Shown: positions 13,901 to 25,900 of the stretch, in pieces
Position numbering within the stretch: position 1 is the stretch's first letter
How the letters are laid out: each line of letters starts with the position of its first letter
Assembly: GCF_037042905.1 (NCBI RefSeq)
Contig: NC_087249.1
Coordinates: forward strand, 10,356,001-10,420,000
Source of the DNA: Lytechinus pictus
Taxonomy: Eukaryota
Length of the DNA: 64,000 nucleotides
Direction of reading: 5' to 3'
Translations under genes and position numbers: made by a program
Notes under the pieces: generated by a model
Database searches by the model: none
The model's input: the letters and a program-made list of their open reading frames with translations, nothing else
What the model was told of the DNA's origin: nothing

Positions 13901-16900
13901 ATAAACAAATTTGCGGTGTGGTTCACCGTTATATATATATTTTTTTAAATTGCCCCTGGTTCCAGAAAATTGCCCCCGGTTCCTGTAAAAAGCCTGTGAG
14001 CCGGGGGCAATTAAAAAAATTGCCCCTGGCTCACAGGTGCTTATTTCAAGGCTTGTTTTTAAGTTGTTGCAGTGAATTACAAGTATTTTCAGTATAAAAG
14101 CAATAATGTAAAACTTATTAGTACCACCATAAACCAGTCATTCAATGGATATTGTTTTGATATGCAACAAAATATAACAGAGTCTGACTGACTTCCGTGA
14201 TTCGACTTTTGGGCTGATCAAAAGCCTGATTTTCCCCTCATCTGAGGCATTTCTCCCTGATTTGAGGTACATGTATTTTTAATCAGATTTCCTGATTTTT
14301 CCCTGACTGGAAAAAAGTAAAACTAGAATTTTAATTCGTCATGAGGACGTATTAGGTGATCTGTCTCTGATTTTCATGATCAGGAATACAATCACCATGT
14401 TTATTGAGATCAATACAATGATCATATTGAAAATTGAACTTTTATTACAAAAAGAACATGTTGAATACTCTTGAAAAGAGGGAAATGAGAAGTTTTGTGA
14501 AATAAGTGTAGGTGATACACATGCTACATGTTATATCAAAAGGGTTTTTTGTGTAATATTTTAACTTATATACCTTGTAATGGTCATAAAGGACCATTTG
14601 TGAAATGTTGAAAAGAAACAAAAAAGAAAAACAAATTCTCATGTTCACCCCTGGGCTCGAACCATGGACCCTGGGGACGCAAGTCTCATGCCTTACCAAT
14701 TGAGCTACACTATTTCCCATAGACTTTACACATAAGCAAATTATGAGGATCTCAAATCCAATTTTGCAAGAGAAATACGGGCATGATCCTGGCATCTGAT
14801 TGGTAAATGGAGACCACACTTGCAATAGCTTAGAATCTCAGCTTCAACATACTCCAAGCTCAGAGAAACCGACCAAAAGAAATGGAGAAATGGCTCGCGA
14901 AATAGAGGAATGTAAAATCCAGTTTTGAGAAAAAGTCATTTCCCATGGAGATTGCACACAAAATGAGCAAAAATGACATGCCTCTATAACTTGTCATTTT
15001 TCAGGATGATTCGTTCCTTTAAATGTAAATATAGCCATGACATTAGAATGAGTATGTCCTCAGCTACAACATATAAAAAACTGAGCGAAAATTGACCAAT
15101 ACGGAGTTAGAGTCGAATTTGCATAACTATGATGACGTCATAAGTAGCAAAGTGGAAATTTTGAGTTCTGACGCCATTTTGATGACGTCATGATGAAAAT
15201 AAGGGTCAAATGTGGCATGAAATCATATCTCCCATCCATACTCTATTCGAATATGAAAAAAAAATCGGGGGTCAACGGACTTAATGAAGAGCTATAATAA
15301 ATTTTGTACAGGCATGTTTTTGCACATATATTGTCTATGGTTAGTGCGCGCGCGAGCGTGCTGTAAACTTTGATGGAGGCTAATTCTGTTATTAATCGAA
15401 GGTTGATCAAGGTATCAAATTACTCAGAATTATATTATCGATGCGTTGATATTAAAAAAATGGCGATCCTATGCTCTAAAGTGCTGTTACGCGCGTAATC
15501 ATGCGCGCGCAAATTTTTGAAATGCTTAAAATGACCTCAATCATACTCTACTTTGGTCAAAAAGTGATTTTGACGCGCGCGTACGCGCACGTTGTGACCT
15601 TTACATGACCTTCGATGACATGGACAGTTGACCCTTGACCTGAAGTTAATGTGATGTAAATATTGTTAATTATTTATAATTGATGAAGATATGATTGATA
15701 ATGTGATTTTACAAAATGGCGTCATGATGACCTTTTGACCTTGAACTTGTTTTAAACACATGACATGATACGTCCCCATAACTGATGATATTTTGAAGAT
15801 AACTGATGATGTAGATTTGGAGATTTTGTGCTAACAAGAAAAGGGCGGAAAAATATAAATAAATAAAAAAGAAAATTTGTACGAAATTAAAAGTTGAAGT
15901 GTCGATTGACACATCACCTAATAATTTCCTCTGATTTCCCTGATGGGCTGGGAACCCTGATAATCATCATGTGAGCTCTACAAATCTACACTATTATAAT
16001 TATTATCACCCTTGAAGGCATCAGTGTGGTCATCATCACTTTCATCTTCATCTTATCTTCACAATCATCACCATCATCTTATCTTCACAATCATCACCAT
16101 CATCACCATCATCACCATCATCAAAATCATCCTCTCTTCTAGGTTTTTTTTTCTTTATCACTGCCACCATCATTCTCATCATCATCATCATCATCATCAT
16201 CTTCATCACCATCATCTTCATCATCATCATCATCATCACCATCGCCATCACCACCATCATCATCATCATCACCACCATCACTATTATTATCACCACCATC
16301 ATTATCATCACCATCACCATCGTCATCATCATCATCATCATCATCATCACCACCACCATCGCCAGAGCTGCCAAGTTGTATTTTGCATTTTCAGTATACT
16401 TATCCCCCCAAATCAGTATTTTGACAAAAAAATCTGTATTTTTACCGTGTGAGATAAATATGCATGCATAATGGCAAAGTTCGATCACTTCTTACATTTG
16501 CGCCCCACACGTAAACAATTGTGTCGAAGACTGAACACTCCACAATGAACTTAACACATCAAAGTGAATGCATTTAACTCCCTACCTCCTGTGACTTGTG
16601 CTTTTTATATTTCAAGTGTGCTTGAATGTCATTCGCTCCTCCATGGCTCACGGAAAAATCACATTCACAAAGTGTGCATCTCACACTGAACTGGTCCCTC
16701 TTTGACGCAATGATACACTTCCATCGTTTGCAAGATTCCTCCTTGAAATGTTGTTTGCGTGGTTGAGCTGATTTAGAAGACATTTTGATGATTTCCACGA
16801 TAAAATCTCAAATCAAACCACAAAACACCACTGGCACAGTGCACAGATGAAAACGATGCAATGCGCGATGCGTTGCGACACACGTTCAATCAACGATGTC

Positions 16901-19900
16901 GATGTCCCATGCACACGTACACACACACGTGTATATACATTGGCAAGTTGGAGCACCGATTTACTTCGGTCCCACACATAGACGATTGATACTACAAGCA
17001 CCGCACACATGCAGAAAACATACACACATGGATATGCGAAGTCCGTTGCGAGTGACGCGGGCTGTATTGTTTCCGCCCGAAAGCTCCCGGATGCGTAGTG
17101 GGGCGAACAATACCTTTTCTTCTCTAATTTGTTTTTTCCCCGTATTTTATCATGAAAAAGCGTACTGCCGTATTTTAAATTGATTTCCATATGAAATACG
17201 GGAAAATCGTACTACTTGGCAGCTCTGCATCACCATCATACTAAACATAGTCCTCGCCACTATCAAACTCTTCATCAATTTCATTACTCACGTTGTTGAT
17301 CTTGCCAATCTCATCCTCTAGCTTCATCCTCTGTTGCTGTGCAGTAATCATCAGATTCTCATTTTTAGACACATCTTGTCTTATTGCCTGAAACTTCTGC
17401 TTGATTTCAATCAATGCTCTTTGGTTTTCATTCATATCTCTCCTAGTTTCACTACATTATTGGAGTAAGTATACAACATAGATTATAATATATCTGTAAA
17501 GCACTTTGTTCCAATGTATATAGCACTAGCAGTATTTAAAAGTAGAATATGATTATTATATCATTTAAATAACATAAAGGGATATTTTGCCCATGAAATA
17601 ACCTTATCTAGGACTCCAAAATATTTCATATTTGGGATTAGGATTACTATAAGCTCTATAACGATATATCAAGAGATTGATTTCTCTGGAAATCAGGGCA
17701 AAATGAGGATATATTCTTTTTTTCCAGAATCCATCATACAAATTGCTTATTCCTGTCTACATCACAAAACTTAATGTATTCCAGAAAAATGATAGCTATA
17801 TTAGATAAAATTCTGTTAAATCGTATTCAGCAGTTTCCAATTGCCTTTTCTTTTTTCATATGTCTTAACATCGAAGTCACCTTTTCTTGAAATTCAATGA
17901 TGATCTTTTACTGGGTTGTATTTTCAATGTTTCTTACATATCTGTTGTTTTAGTGTATGCCATTTTGATTTATGTATTCATTCTTTGTAAATATTGTACA
18001 TATCAGTTTTTATCTCAGGGCCCTCAAGGACAGCAGTTTGTTAACTGAGGCCACCCTGATCAAATAAAACTGAAAATAAATAAATGATATAAATAGATAG
18101 TATGACTCCGACCTAATCAGTGTTCAGAAACTCAGAAAATCTTGGATATAATATCAATGAACGTAAAACAAACAAAAATCCTAAAAACATTTGGCAAGAA
18201 GATTTATATAAAGTAGATATGCGAGTTTTACCTTATCTCATCATAAGCATCTCTCAGAATCTTTGCGCTCCTCTGCATAGATGAATAGTAGTACAGCCCC
18301 TGTTTAGCCCCAATAAGCACCTGATCGCCTTCAATAGTGAAAGCCTCTCTGCAGTTCGTACGGAGCTGGTGTCTCAGATAACCTCTGGCATCCTTGCTCT
18401 GTTCAATCAGTAAGATACTCTCCACACCACGCTGCAGACATCAATCAATGAATCAAAAGAATGTCATTTTTTTCTTCTTGCTATTTATCTTTCAAATTAG
18501 TTCCTTGATTGAGTATGCAATTATTCTTTTACAGGATACTAATACATTTCATCAGGTCATAAGAAGTTTTCCCCAAATATAAGTTGGTTAACAACTTGGA
18601 GTGATTTAGGAGGTTGTTTGCAAGTAATGACTAACTGGAATTTCACACTTTCAGTGGGTTTCTCAATCAGGAAATCATACTCACTAAATCATTAAATAAG
18701 ACATAATCCTAATCTTGATTTAAATAAACATTTGTGTGCATAGTCACTTGCCACAATTCTACTTTGGCACCTCATATTTCATAAGATGACCTAGAGGGCA
18801 TTTCATAAACATCTATAAGATCTGACAACTTGGTTTTGATTGGACGAGAAGCACAGGTGTATCAATCATCCGACAAGTCCTTTCCATGAAACACTCTCAT
18901 GGAGACCATTTAATGAAAGTAATAAGCACTTGCGAATAGTCATTATCCAACAGTTACCATAATAGCAGTGTCATATCAGGGGGGGGGGGGGAATCTTAAG
19001 AAAATACCCTTCCTGATATGACTATCATGACAACTCCATCAACAATATAAAACAGAAAAAACAGAAATAGAGACAATAATTCATAAAATTACCTTTAGAC
19101 TTTTTTTATTACGCAAAGCGCCCTCATGCGTTAACAAGAATCGCACATGTACATGACAGCAGCCACATTGTCCAAGTTTCTCAGTCAAATCTCACAACTT
19201 GACAGACCACAAATTTAGATGAAACGCTCCACTGAAGGTGTCACACAAAAAATGTTGGGTAAGACGCTGCCACTACTTAAGAATGCTATCTTCAGAGAAT
19301 ATAAACCCATGGGCCACAATATGCAAATGAAGTTATTAACAAGCACACATTCCATCATCACTTAGTATGGGTAACACCTGTACCCGGCACTACCCACATG
19401 CTAAGTGGTATCAAAATCTTTTTTCTTGGTGAAAGGTTCACTTTTTGGGGTGAAATGGTTGACGAAAGACATCTATCCATACAAGCGAAAGTGTGCCTTC
19501 CAGCACGGTGGGCGGCCCACAACAAAATGAATAGTGAGTCAGGGACATCATCGACTCTCTCATTTGCATGTCACTGAGTTGTGCATACACAGTGTAACTG
19601 TTCTATGACAAATAAGCAAAATTTTATAAGTCTCAATTTTCAGGGTGGACTTGACCTTTAAGGCTTTCACTACCCTCGCGACATCAAGGGAAGACGGCAG
19701 CTCAGCTAATCCATTCTTAACCCAAATACTTTGTATCATTGTCGACATAATGAATTTAATAGACAACTAGAAATGCAATAGAGAGGTCCCAGATTATTGC
19801 AAGATGGAACAAATAAGTATTACCTGATCAACAAGAGTGTTGAAAATGACAGGATGGCTGATATCAACGATGTCTAGAAAGCTGGGGAAGTCCCTACTCT

Positions 19901-22900
19901 GTACCTTTGCTTGACTGATATCACAAGCACGAGGCTGTAAGGTGGATAAGGTTGGGTAAAAGGGTTATATCATTTCAGCAAATATTACATGAAAAATACT
20001 TCACTAAACATTCTAAATCTTTGAGATACCAAGTATTATTGACTATCCATACTATTGTTACAGTCAAGGCAAGTTTTCAGTAATGCTGTCAATTGTGCCT
20101 ACCTCAAACCTTGATGTGATGATTGAAGGTTGTGGAGCATTCTGTGGGATGATACGATTCATGATGTCTTTCAGAATACTTGAATCATGTTGGTCATGAC
20201 AACAGAATGAATACATCAATCGTTTCAGGCAAGATTCCACACCAAGAGCCCAACGGACATCCTTCAGCTTTAAGAATGATCCTAAATATAGATTTGGAAC
20301 AAAATCTGATGAATACGGTGTCTTTCTGTGCCATCGACTTGAAAACATGGCGAGTTACTTTGTCTTGCCATGTCGACTTAATAACCTAATTATGTCAACA
20401 TTTCAAGATACTCTATCTTGCCCTGTTGACTTTATTTGCCACTCTCCACCCAGGTGTTAAATGGGTACCCGGTATGATGCGAAAGCCTATGTACTATGCC
20501 TAGCAATTGAGTCTTGGAACTCTTGTTGGAATGCTCCCCAGGGAGTGGAGAAGGTGCATACATTGTATGTGGGCATGCAAGGATCCGATGACCGAGGTAA
20601 TAATATATCTGTGAAGCGCTTAGAGATGCCGTTCTGATGTATAAAGCATAAGCGCTATACAAATGCAGATTATTATTATTATAGCCTAATTATGTTTACA
20701 TGGTGAAATACGTTATTTTGCCAAGTCAACTTATACAAACTTGCATGTTGACTTGGCGATATATTTCACCTTGCTATGAAGTTGACATGGCAAGATAAAA
20801 TAACTTGCCAAGTCGACATTATAAGGCTGTGAAGTCCACATGGTAAGAAGTATCTCGGCATGTCGTCAAGTCGACAATGGCAACTTCTGAAGATGAACGT
20901 GTTGTCTGAACTGAAGCAAGTTATGTCCGGATTCCTTGTACATGATTTGATACACATCTAAGACTGGCATCTTTCAAACCACAGAAACCTAAATTGCATA
21001 TTGTTGAAATTTTTGACTGCTTGTTATATTTCCACGGGTTTCTATTCTCATTTATCGTTACTAATGGTCATAAACAACAAAAAATCCCAAGGTCTGCATT
21101 GTAAATACAAATATTATCATTATCAAAACAGAATTCAGAATCAAGTTTTGAATCCATCTCCGAGCAGGTGATTTTCTTTTTCTGTAAATTGGCATTTCAA
21201 TAATTTCATTTCGCAAGTTAGTTTGAAATAGAATACAGCTAAATTTGAACACAAGGAAAAGCAATTTAAGTATACACAGGAAAAATCCTACAAACACAGA
21301 TACTCTTCATCACTCCATGTGAGAATCAGAGTTACATCAACAAGGATTCTTACCCACTGGGCCAAGGGGTTTCTTGTGGAACCGAGCAGCAGAACGCTCA
21401 ATCTCAGCCAGTAGGTTTGGCATGTAATCTCCATACAGCTTCAATCTGTTCTTCCGGCTTCCTTCAAGGTTCTTCAGTCTTCTCTCACGGGCAGCTATGG
21501 CATGCGTCGGCACATAAACTTCTACAAATCTACGGACGCAACATACAGATAAATTCTCCAAGATAATCCTCCATTCTCATAGGTCTTCACCAGAGCAGGG
21601 ATGACTCCATTTTGGCAAATGCCTCATTCCATAATATTAAAGAAAACTTGATGAATTCTTATCTGCGTGCAGTCAAAATTTATGCCTCCACCATTTCCAG
21701 GCTAAGAATATATATTACACAACCTAATTAAAAAAAAAATTAACCTGTGACCTTTACCCTCGTGACCCAAAAATCAAATCAGAACATCCTCAATTCAAGT
21801 TTGAAGTAGATCGCTCAAACAGTTCATGGTTTTCACAAGAAACACACTCTTAGGTATATAATGACATCTGTCACATTTGACCTCATGACCCCAAAATCTA
21901 ATCAGATCCATGGACCACATTAGAAATTGATCAAGTAAATGGCTTTTCAGATATTACAAGAACAAGATATTTCAGTGCATATAATGACCTCTGTGACCAT
22001 TGACCTTTGACCCCCAAATCAAATGAGATCATTGTAACTCCCATATGCACACATGAGCCAAGCTCAAAGTTGATATGTCAAACGGTTCTTGAGTTACCGC
22101 ATGTAAATGAATGGAAAACAGACGTAAAACTTAAAAACACAATGGCTCCGACAACCGCCAACGTTGGGCGGAGGCATACAAAATGCCACGTGTTGTGGAC
22201 AGGAACCATTCAATTCTATCAGGCAACTTGCTAAGCTGATAAATAGCTTATGGAAACTTAGTGATTTCAATTCATACTTGTGAGATGGATTCATACATAT
22301 AAATATATACAAAGAATGATTCACTTTGTATTGGTTTTTATTGGTATTGATTTTTATTCGAATTGAATAAATCATTGAACTGAACTGAACTTGTTCATCA
22401 AATACTTACTGCAGTCCATTGATGCGTTTTTGAGCACTTTTAACAGCATTGGCAAACTGCTTCACTTCTTTAACAGCATTCTGCTTCTGTGCTTCAAGAT
22501 GTCGCTTTTCTTCCACCAAAGCAGTGATCTGTCTTTCTCTATCGACCCTCTCCTCTTCAAACTGTTCGCTGTCCCTGTGGATGAAACAAGAAATTAATCC
22601 TATTTAAACTCTGCCATTTCAGACCAGCTTTTACTATTGGAGGGGGGGGGGTGGGGTGTCATATTGACCCCCTCCCCAGATCTTGGCTGATCAAGTGAGT
22701 TAAGGTGTGACTAAAAGTCATGCCTAGTCAATCTTATCGATTCATGAATACAAAGCAGCACACGGCCCATTAAAGCATGATGTGGGCAATGCGCTGATGC
22801 TTTTCATATGGCACACAACTGGACATTAAGTTCAAATCTAAGTTACGCTTAAATTTTTGTGAAACACTCCCTGGTTTCAAACCCGGCTTAGTTTCCAACT

Positions 22901-25900
22901 ATAGGGGTACATGTAGCTTGATTAACATCACACTGACAAAGGCCTTGTATCCCTCCCCCAGTACTACCCCAGTAAGCAATATTAAGTGCAGACCTGCCAA
23001 CCTTCTACAAACGAACAAGTATTCTTATAAGGGAAAAAAAGTACTTTTTGACCAAAAAAAGAGTATTTTAAAAAATTTGTCTCAACGTAACAATCACCAA
23101 CCTGTTGTAGTGAGATCGGTGAAAAAACATGTGAAATGACTCTACTTGAAAACTTGATAATTCACCCTATTATACATGTGCTAGTAGGCAAGAATTTACT
23201 TGTTCTATTCATGCAAAAATTTACTGGCCCGACAGTGATTTTTACCGGTCTGGGACTGTCAGACCGGCGCTAGTGTATAATACATACTCCATGATCAGGG
23301 GCGGTATTCTGAGGTCATTACCTTCAAAATATTTTATTCTATCTCTTAAAATGAAATTGGTATTCTGAGATGACACTTATCTCTCAGATAAAATTTAAAA
23401 TTTTTATCTTGCGTATCTATATGATGCGCGACAGAGCAGTGCCTGCGTAGACTTACCAATTGCGTATTTTACTATTGCACGCGGATGATGTGCTTGCACC
23501 CATGTTACTTTGAAGAAAAAATAAAATAAACTTAAACGAGGGTAGGGGCTATTTTATTTCCGCGACGTTGACTTCATCAATATTTCTAGGTGAATTAACT
23601 CCAAATGTTGACATGAAAATGAAGAAAAATTATATACATGTATTTATGGAGAATAACACCTAAAACGTTATTCCTGTACAATCAGGAATTATTTCATAAG
23701 ACATTTCTTGACTAATATTGTCTTTGAAATGAGGCTTGAAAAGATGCGATATAGACTTCGAAGAAAATGAGAGTATTGACATTATTGACAGAAATCTTTG
23801 TAAAGACGCGCAAGCATATAGTTCAAGCGTATTTGAAGTCAATAAATTGACGCAATCTCACTCCTTTGCCACACCTGGCGGAATGGATTTCCATTGGTTG
23901 AGTGAGATGAGAGAGCTATAAAGGCGCGTTTCTCATTGGATATTGATTTAAAAATAGGTGTCTTAAAGAGATACAAAGCCGATACAATGAAGAATTGTTC
24001 TCAGAATATCGATTCGGAGAGATTTTAAGGGTATTTTTCTCACTGATTTCAACGGAGATAAAATATTTCATTTTATCTGAGATAAAATGGATCTCAGAAT
24101 ACCACCACAGAAATAAAAAAAAATAACAAATCATGCAAAAAAAGTATTGCATTTATAGCAAAAAAGAGGAACAAATACTCTAAAAAGGGAACGGTTGGCA
24201 TGTCTGTAAGTGCATTCTCCTCCTTAAATTCAACATCTGTGATTCAAAGAAAAAAACTTTAAATCATTTACCTCTCTTTTTTAACCCTAATTCTTGGCAA
24301 GACGTTACTTTCATCAGATCCTTCACCTCGGACCAGTGGGGTGACTAGTTTGATCTCCCTCTGCAAAATACAAACGGATTGAAATCAATAGAGTTGAATC
24401 AACCCAAACATTAAAGGTCAAGTCCACCCCAGAAAATTTTTGATTTGAATCGATAGAGAAAAATCAAACAAACATAATGCTGCAAATTTCATCGAAATCG
24501 GATGTAGAATAAGAAAGATATGACATTTTTAAGTTTAGCTTATTTTTCACAAAGCAGTTCAATGCGCAACTCAGCGATATGCAAATGAGAGTCGATGATG
24601 TCCATCACTCACTTTTGCTTTTGTTTTTTATTGTTTGAATAATACAATATTTCAATTTTTACAGATTTGACAATAAGGACCAACTTAACTGAACCATAAA
24701 CTGTTAAAATAATGGTAAATTGCACATGTTCAGGGAGAAATAAAACTTTGTTTCACTTGACAAGGAGGAGTAAATTAGAATATTTCATATTTCGTATAAT
24801 AAATACAAAAGACATAGTGAGTGGGTGACGTCGTCAGTCTGCCAATTTGCACACCGACCAGGATGTGCATATAACTGTTTTGTGAAATTAAGTGAAACTT
24901 TAAAATGTCATAACTTTCTTATTTTACATCCTATATTGATTAAATTTTCAGTGTTTTGCTTGTTGGATTTTTCTCCTTTTTTTCAAATCAACTTTTTGTT
25001 AGGGTGGACTTGTCCTTTAACGCCCTGTCACACTTATTCAGAATCAGGCAGAATCTGCCGAAATGAAACGACTGTTGTTCAACTACCGGCTGGCCAAGAT
25101 TTTGTTATGTTATTTAGCTCTATACCGATGCATTCAATATTATAACCAAGGCCCCCATAAACACGTCGGTTGCTGCCAACACTCCATAAAATGTTGTGGT
25201 GGCGGCAACCGACGTGTTTATGGGGGCCTCATGTTACAATATGTTCAGAATGCTGCTGAAATTTTGTAAGAATACTTATGGGGTGTTGAAAGAAACTTGC
25301 GATCAATTGCAAGTCTATTTTTGGTCCCTAAATCAATCATATGTCTTGCGGTTAATTGCAAATTAGTGATTGATTGTTAATCTGCTCCTTGAAACAGGAA
25401 GTTCAATCTGATTCGCTATAGCTAACGTTGATCTGTCAGTTGTAAAATTGCGACAGAATATTTGCAATTGATCGCAAAAGTTTTCTTGCAACACCATTCA
25501 ATATTCTTTCCACTTCAAAGAACCTTGAAAATATTGAAAAATGATCAAAACATTTGAGATGGCCACAAAAATTGGCCTAAATATTTTGAATGCATTTAGA
25601 ATGCAGTCAGAATTTCCAGAATGCCCCTCAAATGTCCAAGACAAGAACGTATCACAACTTTTCAATCTGACTACATTGTGGCTTAATTTGCCTCTATTGT
25701 GTCTGGTGTATGATTTGTCTCCTGGACTTTGGTTGGGTGAATTCAGTCCCCCTATAATTTTTCCTGAATTGTTATATTTTTCATGCCAGCCGACTCTGCT
25801 TGATTCCTGCTAACTCTGAATAATTGTGGCTGGGCTTTGAATTTACAGATGTAATAAAATGACATCCACCAATTAAGAGGCCTTTCTCATTACGCTTTCT

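Larger units (their letters stand above)
12396..15959. mobile_element. Non-autonomous DNA transposon (CAGGGTTCCCAGC TIR) hosting two nested insertions
   Basis: CAGGGTTCCCAGC...GCTGGGAACCCTG, subterminal TTCCCTGA repeats, flanks ATTAT/ATAAT. Confidence 0.75.

Noticed and set aside
16012..16488. Poly-His and poly-Met ORFs
   Set aside because: (CAT)n microsatellite inside an intron.
19090..19770. Coding-like intronic segment
   Set aside because: All frames I read contain stops and no recognisable domain; possibly an old TE remnant.
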